Positions 44,064-55,038 are shown, counted from the first letter of the stretch. The stretch: DNA of 64,000 nucleotides from an uncultured Verrucomicrobiae bacterium (GCA_963828525.1 CAWHEP010000014.1:192001-256000), one strand, 5' to 3'. Numbers and translations: made by a program. Notes: generated from the sequence alone by a model not told the origin.

Positions 44064-45031
44064 GGCGAGGCCGACTCGATCGCGTTGCGCGGCCGAAGCA
44101 CGGTGTTGAAGTTTACGTAGTTATTGAACTTAAGGCTCTGCTTGTTGGCGAGGTAGCTTGAATAGGCTTGCGCCGACACGGCCAGCGAGACCGAGACGTA
44201 GCTTCCTGTGCTTGTCCCAGTGACAAGGCTGAACGGAGTCGGGCTCCCGGTGCTCAGATCGCGCGTCAGGATCGTTGGCGATAATGCCGACTGGTTGGTT
44301 GCTATTGTATTGTTGGACGAGCTGTTGCTGCCGGGGTTTGTCACGCCTTCCATGGTGGGGTAAAAGTCCAGTTGGGAGCCGTTGACAATGAACGCTTCCT
44401 CGCGCGCCAGCACCGCTGTCTTTAACGCGGGCGCGATCCACTGGATTGTGGCCGCCGGCGAGACATGCACGCTCAGCGTAAGCACCGAGTTTGAATTTGA
44501 GACTACCGTCGCGATATCTGTGACGACATAACGGGCGCTCGTTCCGTCGATGAGCAGCACATCATTCGGCAGCACCTCTTGTTGAGAAGATGAGCCTCCG
44601 CTGTTCGTGAATGTTCGAAACGGCAGCGGCGGCGAGGCGAGGGGATCCGTCGAGCGTTGTATCTGGATGGTGCTCGCGGCGGAAAGCCCCGTCCCTGATG
44701 CTCCTCCGGGGTTCACCACCACATATTTTGCGCCCAGGTATTTGTCGAACCGGACACCCGCTGCCGAGCCCGACTGGTTGCTCTGGATCGTGCCGGCCGA
44801 GACGTTTATCAGCTCCGGCAACGCCGTAGCCCCGCTGATCTCGGCGTTCATCCGGTCCAGCGAATAGCGCAGAGCGATATTTGAGCAATTTAGCGAATAC
44901 CCCTTAGCGTAAAGAGTGGTGCCCATGGAAAGCAGGTAGAAGGCGACTGCTCCCACGAGCAGCATGGAGCCGAGCGCGATGATCATTTCGAGCAGCGTGA
45001 ACCCTGTGTTGTTGCGGCAGTGGCTTATCAT
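44060..45031 (-). CDS. PilW-like prepilin-type protein
   Basis: GFTLLEMIIAL class III signal; 4 bp overlaps with neighbours. Confidence 0.85.
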   Translation of the reverse strand: MISHCRNNTGFTLLEMIIALGSMLLVGAVAFYLLSMGTTLYAKGYSLNCSNIALRYSLDRMNAEISGATALPELINVSAGTIQSNQSGSAAGVRFDKYLGAKYVVVNPGGASGTGLSAASTIQIQRSTDPLASPPLPFRTFTNSGGSSSQQEVLPNDVLLIDGTSARYVVTDIATVVSNSNSVLTLSVHVSPAATIQWIAPALKTAVLAREEAFIVNGSQLDFYPTMEGVTNPGSNSSSNNTIATNQSALSPTILTRDLSTGSPTPFSLVTGTSTGSYVSVSLAVSAQAYSSYLANKQSLKFNNYVNFNTVLRPRNAIESASP

Positions 45032-45564
45032 CTGTCGGGCGCCCGCAGCGTCGTGGCCTGGTAGGTCATTTGCCTTCGGAAAAGCGAGTAGCTCATCGTG
45101 AAGGTCACGATTCGGGTATTTGCGTTGTCGGTGGCGTCGGCAGTGCTCCACAGCGTCACCGACTTCGTCAGGGTTCCGGTCACGACCGCCGCGCCGGTCG
45201 TATCTGGCAGGAGGTTAATTGGGTTGCTTGCGCCCGAGGGGTAGTCAATGCATTGAACGGACGACCCTGTCACCGTGAGGATCGCCGGAACGCTTGAGGC
45301 CGTGAAAGGCGCCGCGTTCGCCGCCTCGACATTCCGATCCACAACCTCCTTGGCCGTGGTCATGATGCGCGCGGCAGCCGCGATGTGGTTCATCGTCAGC
45401 AATGCGGGCATCGCCGCCGTCGCGTAGAGCGAGATAATTGCCATGCCGATCAGCACTTCCAGCAAGGTTATGCCACGCTCGACGCCATGACAGTGCGGCT
45501 TCCCTCCATAGGGGAGCGGCCTTCTTGCGCTGATCGACCGTCCGAAACACATTTCTGCAACCAA
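45028..45564 (-). CDS. PilV-like prepilin-type protein (start uncertain)
   Basis: RGITLLEVLIGMAII class III signal; ends TTLRAPDR. Confidence 0.8.
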   Translation of the reverse strand: MVAEMCFGRSISARRPLPYGGKPHCHGVERGITLLEVLIGMAIISLYATAAMPALLTMNHIAAAARIMTTAKEVVDRNVEAANAAPFTASSVPAILTVTGSSVQCIDYPSGASNPINLLPDTTGAAVVTGTLTKSVTLWSTADATDNANTRIVTFTMSYSLFRRQMTYQATTLRAPDR

Positions 45565-45608
45565 CTGATGAGCAGGAATGGTGCCCCGCTTAAGGTAGGA
45601 CGCCCAGG

Positions 45609-45720
45609 GTAGGGATGCCTCGCCGAGGCGTCCGCAACCTCTCTACGCCCCCGCAACAAACCAGCCCGGAACAAGACTCTCTAAAAATACCCGCTTATCA
45701 ACGTCCAATGCGAAGAATCC
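45609..45720 (+). repeat. GTAG-tagged REP-like palindrome plus tail, copy 1
   Basis: GTAG-GGATGCCTC-GCC-GAGGCGTCC-GCAACCTCT...TATCAACG..AA.GCGAAGAATCC; matches 49430-49540. Confidence 0.85.
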
Positions 45721-45816
45721 AATGGAGAGAAGCTCAGGTAGCAAACCCTGGCTAAAGCACCGCACATCCCCAAGCTCATTCCCCGCATAGCGCCATAGCG
45801 CCCTAACGTGCCCCCT

Positions 45817-46425
45817 CTAACCCGCTACCGCGTCGCCCGACCCCGCTGGCACCTCAGCCTCATCCGTCCCTCTACGAACCACCGCCATTGAAGCCAAAAA
45901 CAACCCGGTAAACAGCAAGTCGCTAACAAACGTATTCTGAAAAAACACCCACGTCGGCGGGTATCCTGGAGTTCCAACCGTGAGCGCCTGCGCCCATCCG
46001 CTGACGGTCTTCGCGTAAGCGGGCGAACCCAGCCAGGAAGCGGTATTCGTCACCGCATAAAAACCGAGCGATCCCGCGATCGCCCCGCCCATCACGTAAA
46101 GGACGCGAGCATGCCCCCGAAGCGCGTAGCCAAGAGCAGCAATGCAGCCAAACGCGATATACCGCGAAAGCATCTCCATCGAGACGAGCGGCGCTCCGTA
46201 ATGCGCGTTCAGGATAAGATCAGAAATAAACAGGATTGCCAGCGGCAAGGCAAAGGCCAGGCGTCTGGAGAGATAGACGCCTCCACAAAGCGCGATCGCT
46301 GTCAGAGGCGAAAAGTTGGGCAGAAACGAAGAGCCGCCCGAGATCAAAGGCCCCATGCGAAAGAAAACCGCCACGGCAAACAGGGCAAATGCGACCATTG
46401 TCTCAGCGGGGAAGCGGCTCTTCAT
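45817..46425 (-). CDS. DUF6580-family membrane protein, putative cobalamin uptake component
   Basis: PNFSPLTAIALCGG, LFISDL, FYAVTN..SW...Y; downstream of btuB. Confidence 0.7.
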   Translation of the reverse strand: MKSRFPAETMVAFALFAVAVFFRMGPLISGGSSFLPNFSPLTAIALCGGVYLSRRLAFALPLAILFISDLILNAHYGAPLVSMEMLSRYIAFGCIAALGYALRGHARVLYVMGGAIAGSLGFYAVTNTASWLGSPAYAKTVSGWAQALTVGTPGYPPTWVFFQNTFVSDLLFTGLFLASMAVVRRGTDEAEVPAGSGDAVAG

Positions 46426-46559
46426 AGTCCGCGACTATCATCGCAAACCCCCGCCTTCTCAATCCTTTTCCGCTGACCGGTGGATCACGCCACAGCGCCC
46501 GCCGCTCTCCGGCGGGCGCTCCCCTGGCGTTTGAACCAGCGCGAACCTTCAATGAAAAC

Positions 46560-48491
46560 TCAAAACTTCAACTCCACGCCCCCGTAGGCTCCAAATGGCA
46601 GCCCCGGGTATCCAAGCGCGTTCTCATACCGGCTGCTGCCCAGGTTCTCCCCCCTGAAGAACACCGCCATGTGATCGTTCACCGTATATCGCGAATAGAT
46701 TCTCACCGTGCAGTAGTCCTGTAGATTCACCCGAGCCACCGGGAATACGGAGAAATCGTTGTCCACGCGCCCCGCCATGTAGGTGAGTCCGCAGCCAACG
46801 AGCAACTTGCCAAAAAAGAGGTCATTTGTGTCCAGGCTCAGTTCATTCTCCGGCAACTGCTCCCGTCGAAGCGTGATTCCGCCCGAGTTGTAGGTCGAGC
46901 GCAGCCACGTGTAAGCAAGCCGCGTCCTCCACTCCCCTAGGAGCGTCATCTGCGCGGCCAGTTCCACCCCGTGATTCTGCGCGGTGTCGCGATTCACATA
47001 GAACCCTGTGACCGAACTGGTGTCCACAAAGGCGATCACGTCCCGTATGTTGTTCTGAAAGTAGCTGGCGCTCAGGACAACGTTGCTATTGCACAGGTAT
47101 TGATCAATGCCCGCGTCCCAGCCTTCCGACCTCTCGGGCCGCAACCCGGGAGCGCCGTGGAAGGCGGTCGAGTTCGAATAGAGTTCGAACAGGGAAGGCG
47201 CTTTGAATGCCGTTCCGTAGCTGCCGCGTATTTTCGTATTGGTCGGGAACAGGTAATCACCCGTAAAGCGGTAGGTGAGCGCGTCGCCCGCTTTCTCGTA
47301 GCGGTCGAACCGTGTGCCGGCGGTGAGATCGAGGTTTTTAACCGGTGTCCACTCGTCCTGGATGTATGCCGCAAAATCCGAGATGCTGGTATATGAGAAC
47401 GAATTGTCGTGCCCGGTGAATTCGTTGAAAGCCAGCCCGCCTGTCAGCCGGTTGTTGGACGCGATCCGCACCGTGTGCTGCCAGTCCGCGGAATAATTGG
47501 TGGCGTTGCTGAAGTAGTGGGTTGGGAAGAAAAAGTTCCCCGCATAGGAGGGATCCTCCAGCCCGTAGTGCTCAAAGTAAACGCCCAGCGTCAATTTCTG
47601 CGTCCACTGTGGAGCCAGCTTTAGCTCGATTACCGCGTCCACCAGATTGCTCTGGCCCGTCGTGTGCGAGCCGGGATCATTGCTGGCAAAATCCTGCGGG
47701 CGATCACTTCCCGGTTCCTGGTAATGCCCGTCCAGCCCCACCACATCCAGCCGCAGGCTCAGCATATCGAGAATCTGGTAATCAAGCCGCAGGGAATAAC
47801 GGTTGATCGACAGATCGTTATTTTGCCGTTTGTTCTGGGTGTCATCCCTCTCGTAAGTGAACGAGTAGTCCGCCGCCTTTCCGAGCGCCCCCTGGCTGCC
47901 GAGACTTTCCCGGAAAGAGTCGAAACTGCCCACCTCGGCCAGAAAGTCCACGCTCGGTGGCCCTCCGCCCCGCGCGGTGTCCAGCGAGATCACGCCTCCG
48001 ATCCCTTCCGACCCGTAAAGCGTGCTTTGAGGTCCGCGCAAGACCTCGATGCTCTCCAGGCCGCTCGTGCCGGCGTATGCCAGGAACGGCTCGGCGTTCT
48101 GGAAGACGCCCGTATTGATGCGGACACCGTTCACGAGAAACAGGGTATCACTGCCCCGGTTTCCGCGGATCGACACTGTGGCGAACCCGCCACGCCCCCC
48201 CGCGTCCACTGCGACGACTCCCGGCACGGTATCCAGCGCCTGGCGGAGATCGACATCCTGCGCCCGCTGCATCTTGTCCGCGCCCACCCGCGTCACCGCG
48301 CTCCCGATTTTTGTCTCAACCTGTGGGTTTCGCGTCGCCGAGATCACGATTGTCGGCACAGGAGTTGTTCCTGTTTCTTCCATCGCGTCGATGGCGGGTT
48401 CCCTTAGTTTGGATTGCGGGGTGGCATTCTGCGCGAGTGCCACTTGGGTACAGGTCAGGATGGTGATGGCGGCGATATAGGATGTTTTCAA
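46560..48491 (-). CDS. btuB: TonB-dependent receptor, BtuB-like cobalamin transporter
   Basis: IVISATR, SIRG, IEVLRGPQSTLYGS, SYGTAFKAPSL.ELY, LRPERS, C-terminal F; preceded by a B12 riboswitch. Confidence 0.85.
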   Translation of the reverse strand: MKTSYIAAITILTCTQVALAQNATPQSKLREPAIDAMEETGTTPVPTIVISATRNPQVETKIGSAVTRVGADKMQRAQDVDLRQALDTVPGVVAVDAGGRGGFATVSIRGNRGSDTLFLVNGVRINTGVFQNAEPFLAYAGTSGLESIEVLRGPQSTLYGSEGIGGVISLDTARGGGPPSVDFLAEVGSFDSFRESLGSQGALGKAADYSFTYERDDTQNKRQNNDLSINRYSLRLDYQILDMLSLRLDVVGLDGHYQEPGSDRPQDFASNDPGSHTTGQSNLVDAVIELKLAPQWTQKLTLGVYFEHYGLEDPSYAGNFFFPTHYFSNATNYSADWQHTVRIASNNRLTGGLAFNEFTGHDNSFSYTSISDFAAYIQDEWTPVKNLDLTAGTRFDRYEKAGDALTYRFTGDYLFPTNTKIRGSYGTAFKAPSLFELYSNSTAFHGAPGLRPERSEGWDAGIDQYLCNSNVVLSASYFQNNIRDVIAFVDTSSVTGFYVNRDTAQNHGVELAAQMTLLGEWRTRLAYTWLRSTYNSGGITLRREQLPENELSLDTNDLFFGKLLVGCGLTYMAGRVDNDFSVFPVARVNLQDYCTVRIYSRYTVNDHMAVFFRGENLGSSRYENALGYPGLPFGAYGGVELKF

Positions 48492-48618
48492 GCGTACAGG
48501 ACTCCAGGTTTCGAGAGATCGAAAGGGAGTGCTGCCGCACGAGTTTCTGATCTCTCATTCTTCTTTCTTGCGAAGAAGTTTTTTCGAGCCGTCCGCAATC
48601 GCGGCGGCACGAATGAGA

Positions 48619-48768
48619 GCACGCGGGGCGAATGTTCTGACTTCTGGCTTAACCTTCTCTCCGCCTTCACCACCGGTTGCCCGGCGATTGGCATTTGGAG
48701 AGTCGTATCCAGTTACAGCAGCGCAACTGTTCCCGATTCACACGGGATTTCTCGCGTCCGCGCGCAAC
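48619..48768 (-). promoter_or_regulatory. Cobalamin riboswitch
   Basis: Minus strand GAGAAATCCCGTGTGAATCGGG..GCGCTGCTGTAA...GCCA...GTGAAGGC...AAGTCAGAA B12-box-like elements upstream of btuB. Confidence 0.85.
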
Positions 48769-48969
48769 TACTAAACTGCCAAAGAACAGCCGCCACTTTG
48801 TGCGAGCGAATGGAAAGATCAAGCGTATTCTTTTGATTAAGCGTCGTCTTGCTACCCCCTGGTCCCAAGGTTGCAAACAAGGAATCAAACACTTGGAATC
48901 GCTATCCCCAATTTGACAAAAAGCCCCGTCCTGCGGAAATTATGTCATTGATTTAACCTCATTACTCCT

Positions 48970-49428
48970 ATGCGAAAAATAACAGTATTTCTGTCAGGTC
49001 TGGCGGCGGTTTTCTGCATTGCTTCGACAGCGCTCGCCCACGAGGGGTGGCATGGCGGCCGGGGAGGGGAAGGCTGGCATGACAGGGGCCGCATATCCAT
49101 CGGTTTCGGTTTTTACCCCGGTTACTACGGCGGCTATCCGTGCGATTACGGTTACGGATATGGCCCCGGCTACTACTACCCTTATTACGCTCCATACCCC
49201 ACAGTGTATCGGGGGTATGAAGTCGAACCGCCCATGCGCGGTAGCGAGCGTTCGGTCGATGCCTCCGTCGAGGAATCTCTTGCGCATCAAGGCTACTACC
49301 ATGGGTCCGTCGACGGAGTCATCGGCCCGCAAGCGAGAGAGGCGATCCGCGCCTACCAGCGCCAGCACGGCCTGACCGTCACAGGAACCGTCAACACCGC
49401 CCTCCTAAGGTCCCTGGACCTCGAATAA
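48970..49428 (+). CDS. Secreted protein with G/Y-rich region and peptidoglycan-binding domain
   Basis: LAHQGYYHGSVDGVIGPQAREAIRAYQRQHGLTVTG. Confidence 0.85.
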   Translation: MRKITVFLSGLAAVFCIASTALAHEGWHGGRGGEGWHDRGRISIGFGFYPGYYGGYPCDYGYGYGPGYYYPYYAPYPTVYRGYEVEPPMRGSERSVDASVEESLAHQGYYHGSVDGVIGPQAREAIRAYQRQHGLTVTGTVNTALLRSLDLE

Positions 49429-49429
49429 G

Positions 49430-49680
49430 GTAGGGAAGCCTCGCCGAGGCGTCCGCAACCTCTCCACGTCCCGCAACGAACCCGCCCCGAACAAACTCCT
49501 AATACGCCCCCGGCGTATCAACGCCAAAGCGAAGAATCCCGCAACCTCCCCACGCGTTGTAACTAACTGGCTCGGAACAAACTCCTATCAGGAGTCGCCG
49601 CTCTGCGACGTCCGCAACCTCTCCACGCCCCCGTAGCTAACCGGCGGCACAAACTCCCCGAATACGCTCGCCCCGAGCCT
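49430..49680 (+). repeat. GTAG REP-like element copy 2 followed by two decayed tandem subunits
   Basis: GTAG-GGAAGCCTCGCCGAGGCGTCC; CCGCAACCTC.CCACG...ACAAACTCC unit occurs three times. Confidence 0.8.
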
Positions 49681-49695
49681 ATCTATCTACCCACC

Positions 49696-51432
49696 CTACC
49701 ACCGCTTCCGGTCACTATAGTACAAACACTGGTGATTAAACGGCAACGCTGTCGCCGCATGGAACGGCCCGTTCTTCACATTTGCCACGCCCATGATGAA
49801 CGCCCGCCAATCCCGGTAATCGCCATCCACGATGTCGCTCCGGAAGCCCGCGTTGCCCGACACCGGCGTCAAAAAAAGCCCCACGATCGGCCCGCCCAGC
49901 TTGTTGAAGTCATTCAGGTTCTCTAGCTCCTGATACATCGTCGGCAGCCAGAGACTCTTGCGATCCGCGTACCAAGCCACCGCCCACGGCATGTCCGACG
50001 CGATCACCTCATCCGGACCTGTCCACTCCCGCAGGTAGGCAATGACTGGCGGAACATACGGCGGCCAATTGAAGAACCCCTGCTCCTGGATCAGGGCGTT
50101 TAGCAGCGGGAAAGCCGATATGAGATACACCAGGCAGATGAAGCCGACCTGAAGAACCCGGTTCGGAACCTCCATCCGGCGGTGCAGCAGCACCAGCAGG
50201 AACGCCAGGCCATAGAAGATCGTCACCGGTATGAAAAGCACCCCGAGGTCGCTTGCCTGTACCTCCACCTTCGTATCGAGTCCAAATAGCGCCATCCCGA
50301 ACGCTCCCGCCAGGATCATGCATAGCGCGCATCGCTGGAATGCCGCGGTTTCTTGCCGCTTGAACTTGTGAACCAGGCAGGCCAGGAACAGAGGCGCCAC
50401 AAGGCTGGAACCGAGAAGTCCGTTCATTCGCGCGATCTGGAACAGCGCCTGCGCCTGCAGCTTCGTGTGGAACGTCACCGGCCCCACTCCTTCCATGTCA
50501 AATGTCAGTGAGCGCATGATCGCGCTCTCAGACTTCACCACATCCCGCAGGAACCCATAGAACCCCAGCCCAAATGGCTCCCCGCACACCACGTAGTTGC
50601 GGATCAACCACGGCGCGTAGAAAACGCTGAAGACCCCCAGCATCACCAGCGCCAGCCGCCCTCGCGGACGGAACGCGATGCTTACGTAGATCAGCGCCCC
50701 CAGGAAAATCCAGATCGTCAGCGCGTGCGTCAGCGCCAGCATCCCGAACAGCGCCCCCGCCGCAGCCGCCCATTGCCACGACCGGCCCGGCGCGTCCCTG
50801 GCCTCGATCGCCCGCAGCAGCGTATAGGCGGCGCCGCTGAAAAGGAGCAGCATCAGCATCTGCGGCAGGCCGGACAGGGCGAACTCCCAGAACCGGTTGC
50901 AAACCAGGACCAAACCCGCCGCCAGCAGCGCCAGATGCGAGTCAAACAGCCGCCGCGCGATGAGGTAGTTCACCCACACCGAGAGCAGGAAGAAGCCAAT
51001 CGCCACATGCGCGATCATCCGGTCGCACGGATTTCCCCCCGCGATACTTGAATCGTTGGAAAGATTTAGGTTCGGCGTCATCTGCCACGAACTCCGCACC
51101 AGCCGCAGGAACACCGAGTTTATGTAAGGGCCCAGCGGCGCGTGGTACAAGTCCGGCAGCGCCGCCGGCGTAAACGCCCTGCCCTCGTGCTGAAGCTCCC
51201 AGTACTCAAGCGGCCGGATCATCTTCGTCGTGAACCCGTTCCCCCGCGCGATCTCGCGGGCGATCTGCGCCTGATCCATCCCCTCCGGCGTCGAAAGCCC
51301 CCGAAACCGGATCAGCGAGAACACCGTTACCGCGATGATCGCCACAAACAGCGCCGCCAGTCTGATCCGGCGCAGCGACGAAGCCGCTTCCAGCCGCAGA
51401 AGCAAGGATTGGATGAGAGTTTCACTGGCCAT
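49696..51432 (-). CDS. ArnT/PMT_2-like (GT-C fold) glycosyltransferase
   Basis: EGMDQAQIAREIARG.GF, D.YHAPL.P, many TM helices, PWLIRNY..CG.PF. Confidence 0.75.
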   Translation of the reverse strand: MASETLIQSLLLRLEAASSLRRIRLAALFVAIIAVTVFSLIRFRGLSTPEGMDQAQIAREIARGNGFTTKMIRPLEYWELQHEGRAFTPAALPDLYHAPLGPYINSVFLRLVRSSWQMTPNLNLSNDSSIAGGNPCDRMIAHVAIGFFLLSVWVNYLIARRLFDSHLALLAAGLVLVCNRFWEFALSGLPQMLMLLLFSGAAYTLLRAIEARDAPGRSWQWAAAAGALFGMLALTHALTIWIFLGALIYVSIAFRPRGRLALVMLGVFSVFYAPWLIRNYVVCGEPFGLGFYGFLRDVVKSESAIMRSLTFDMEGVGPVTFHTKLQAQALFQIARMNGLLGSSLVAPLFLACLVHKFKRQETAAFQRCALCMILAGAFGMALFGLDTKVEVQASDLGVLFIPVTIFYGLAFLLVLLHRRMEVPNRVLQVGFICLVYLISAFPLLNALIQEQGFFNWPPYVPPVIAYLREWTGPDEVIASDMPWAVAWYADRKSLWLPTMYQELENLNDFNKLGGPIVGLFLTPVSGNAGFRSDIVDGDYRDWRAFIMGVANVKNGPFHAATALPFNHQCLYYSDRKRW

Positions 51433-51643
51433 CGAGTCGGCTTCCGTCGCTACAACAAAGGAAACGGGGCAGGGACCACATTGCGCGGCGCACCCCTCCG
51501 CCGCAACGAAATACGAGCGCGCAAGTGTCCCCGCGCAAGCCGCGCCCTTTGGGATTTTTCCAGAAAGATTATAAACTCTACTTGCGAGATATACATTAAT
51601 ACTCTACTGGTTCACTCGTGTATCACGTCCATCTCAATCCAAA

Positions 51644-52907
51644 ATGAAAACAAAACTCCGAAATCTCCTTCTTATCCTCGCAATCTCCCTCACCGGCGTC
51701 TCCGCCGCTAAAGCCCAGGCCATCATCCGGATCGCGGGGGCGACAGCAGACCGCGGTAACGTCCATGCCGCGATTCTTTATGCCTTGGGGAGCACGGACG
51801 GCAGCACGCTCACATCCGGTTCCTTTGGCTACATCGGGACAAAGGGGCTATCCGGCGCGAACTCGGGCATCTTCGTCGGCACGCTGCAGAGCACCGGCTC
51901 GGCTGTGATCATCGAAACGACATTCAACGGGGCAGAAGCAGGAATTCAGACAGTCGCTGCCAGCATTGCAATCGGTTATCTGCCTACGAGCAGCACCGTA
52001 TCGTCAGGCGCGGGCCACGCGGGTCTTGCTGATCCCACAGTGAGCGGCAATCCGAATACACAGGCCGTCCCCGACATCGCCGTCGCGGATCAGGAGCAGA
52101 GCGCCTCCGCCTTTTACGGCAAATACCATGGATTCGTTTACCCCGCGCTTACAGAAGACGCCAACTCTCCTGTCGGAATTTCTCCGTTCAAATGGCTTGT
52201 GAGCAAGGGTGCGCCTAGCTGGGGTACAAATCTCACTTCCAACGCTGCGCGGCAGTTGTTCGAAACGGAAGCCTGCCTTTGGCGTTTTTCACGGCAATCA
52301 TTCTGACGAGACCACTCAAATCTACGCAACAGGCCGGGACCCGGACGCCGGATCGCGTCTTACGGCTCTTGCTGATATCGGATATGGGCTGGGGCGCAAA
52401 CAGTCACTCAGTATCAGCCGCAAGATGCAAACGGGCTTGGCTGTGTCGAGCACAAGCAGCTACTATCGCAAAGCAGGCGTTATGGCCTGCAGAGACCGTC
52501 GACGGCATCGCTTATCCGATCGGCGACGGTGGATACAGCACGAACAGCGCCCTCGCAGCGGCTTTGGGAGCCAATAATTCTTCCGGGAACTACTACATCA
52601 GCTACGTAGCCGTAAATGATGCGGATTCGACCGCGATCCCTGCGGGTGCTCGCGAGTTGACATACAACGGCTTCGCTCTGGGAACACCTCCAGGAGGCAG
52701 TTACAACAACTCGCCGGCTTGGCGGAAGGGCAATTCACCTTCTGGGGGTATGAACACATCTATTACCGGTCGAACGCCACCCAGTCTGCAATCTCCGCAG
52801 CGGATTCCGTTTCCGATTACATCGCGAGCACGACGGCAACGGTCCTGCTTGGCAGCGTTCAGGTATCCCGTAACGGTGTCGGAAGCGCCATCAACCCGAA
52901 CTATTAG
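51644..52907 (+). CDS. Secreted PstS/PBP2-like protein A1 (several frameshifts)
   Basis: Signal peptide; IRIAGATA, GRDPDAGSR, LTYNG, GQFTFWGYEH. Confidence 0.65.
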
Positions 52908-53090
52908 ATTGGCGGTCCCGTTCGGGCTGGTTCGACCCCATCCCGAAAAAGTGACCCCCGCCGATGGATTCGGCATTGATACACAATCGTAACAATTCAG
53001 ACCTTGCCTCTCCAGTCATGCTTCTCCATCTTTCCGGGCCGCAGACCCTTTAAATCTCATTCCCATCACCTCTTGGTTCTTCAAACGCGC

Positions 53091-53919
53091 ATGACTTTCC
53101 AAAAATTCTCTAAACGCGTCCTTCTCGCGGTGGCCACATTCCTGGCTGCAATTTCGCCCGTACGTGCAGGTAGTTCCACGGTAAGCTACAATCCCGACGA
53201 CCTGCTCTTCGGCTTCAGGCAGACGACGGGACAGGGTAGTACGCAGGACTATCTCCTGGATTTGGGTAACGCTAGGTACTTTTAATTTTAGCCATGATTT
53301 CTCCTTCACCAGTTCAGGAACCACGGGGTACGGGAGTGTGGGAACAGACCTTGCCAACATCTTCGGCGCAAACTGGTACACCGCGATTGACTCAAATACG
53401 GGCCAGACTGCTGTGCTGTGGAGTATAGCTGGTGCTACCTCTGTCTCAGCAGTGGGTTCGGATCCTGCCAGGACTCTCTACACAACCGACGGGAGCGGAA
53501 ACTTCACCCTTAATACCTCCGGTGCGCAGAATGTCCCCTCTAACAATATCACAAATCTCGGCGGCAACGGGTATGCCTCAAGCGTCTCCTCGACGAATAG
53601 CGACTTGGGTGTTCAGCAGGCTACATCTCCTGGAACGACATACGCCTCGTATCAGCCGGGCGGATCGAACGCGAGTAATAAGTCCTATGCGTATTTTAGC
53701 CCTTCTGACGAGATTCAGACAACCAGCACGGCAAATTTTGATCGATTGGCACCAGGGACCAAGGGGGCCCCTGGTCAATTCCTTGGAACATTTACCCTCG
53801 ACAGCAGTGGTGATCTATCGTTTACCGCTCTTGCGGTTCCCGAGCCTTCTGCTTTTACATTTCTCGTGCTAGGCATTGCCGGAATGATGGGGTGGATACG
53901 CGTCCGATCTCGCGCCTAG
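53091..53919 (+). CDS. PEP-CTERM protein B1 (frameshift near 53270)
   Basis: Signal peptide, DDLLFGFR...DYLLDLG, S/T-rich, AVPEPS-TM-RVRSR. Confidence 0.85.
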
Positions 53920-53939
53920 CACTTTTTTGATTTTTCAAC

Positions 53940-53974
53940 GGCGATTCCGTGGTTAGTTCACGGGATCGCCTTTT
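53940..53974 (+). terminator. Rho-independent terminator
   Basis: GGCGATTCCGTG-loop-CACGGGATCGCC followed by TTTT. Confidence 0.75.
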
Positions 53975-54128
53975 CCATGTAATTGGAGATAAAACATTTC
54001 AAGGCGACCCTTCGTAACACGATTGTAACGATAAACTCCTTGAGGGTAAACCCAGATCCAGTACTCTCAGTGCGAATCGAAGCGCAAAACTGCGCTGATT
54101 CTTCAACCAAACAAACAGAATATATCGC

Positions 54129-54967
54129 ATGAAAACACTTACAACGAGTGCATTAATCGCCACGATTGGTGCAACCCTTCTTTCGCTATCAGCGAACGCG
54201 GGAAACTCCCCTACCACCTACGCTCCAGACGACCTTTTCCTTGGATTTCGCCAAACTGCGGGACCGGGTGCCACTCAGGATTACCTGTTGGATCTTGGCC
54301 AAATCTCCAATTACAATCTAAATCAGAGCTTCACCTTGCTGAGCTCGGGCACAACCGGCTACGGCAGCGTTGGCTCGACCTATCCAGCATCTTCGGTTCG
54401 AATTGGTACACCGCTATCGATTCAAACACCGGGAAAACCTCTGTTCTATACAGCTTGGAAGCAGCAACGTCGACTGCGACGCGTTGGATCGGATCCAGCC
54501 AAAACCCTGTATACGACCAATTTGAATGCGACATCTTTGTCCGCAAAACTGCTGGCAGTCAGAATACGCCGTCGAACAACATCAACGAGCATGGGCAACA
54601 ACGGCTACTCTGGAAACAAATCGACCGCGAACAGCGACTTGAGGTCTCCAGCAAGCGACGACTCCGGGCTCTTATGCCACCTATCAGCCAGGCGGCGCGA
54701 ATGCGGCGAACAAATCGTTCGCGTATTTCAGCCCCTCCAATGAAGGGCAGACGACAGATTCATTGTCATTTCGACCGCTTGACTCCTACCAGCAGTGGCA
54801 CGGCTACCTGGCACGACCCTGCCTGGAACATTCTCAGCTGGACAGCAGCGGCGATCTTTCATACACGGTTGCCGCAGTTCCCGAACCTTCAACCTGGGCT
54901 TCCCTCTTTGCCGCAGTTTCGCACGATCGCTTTTGTTGCTCGTCGCCGCTCCGTCGCAAAGGCCTAA
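54129..54967 (+). CDS. PEP-CTERM protein B2, paralogue of B1 (multiple frameshifts)
   Basis: DDLFLGFRQT.G.GATQDYLLDLG, GSDPAKTLYTT, AVPEPSTW-TM-RRRS. Confidence 0.8.
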
Positions 54968-55038
54968 ACAAACACTTTGCCGCGGTCGCTAGTCGATCGT
55001 GGCGAAATCAGACAACGCCAAAACCCAATCCCTACTAA

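Noticed and set aside
49430..49680. CRISPR array
   Set aside because: Units are degenerate, irregularly spaced and lack unique spacers; there are no cas genes in the window.
51684..51696. CTCCCTCACCG match to the tRNA-Ser 3' end as a distant att site
   Set aside because: Only 11 bp, inside a signal-peptide coding region; likely chance.
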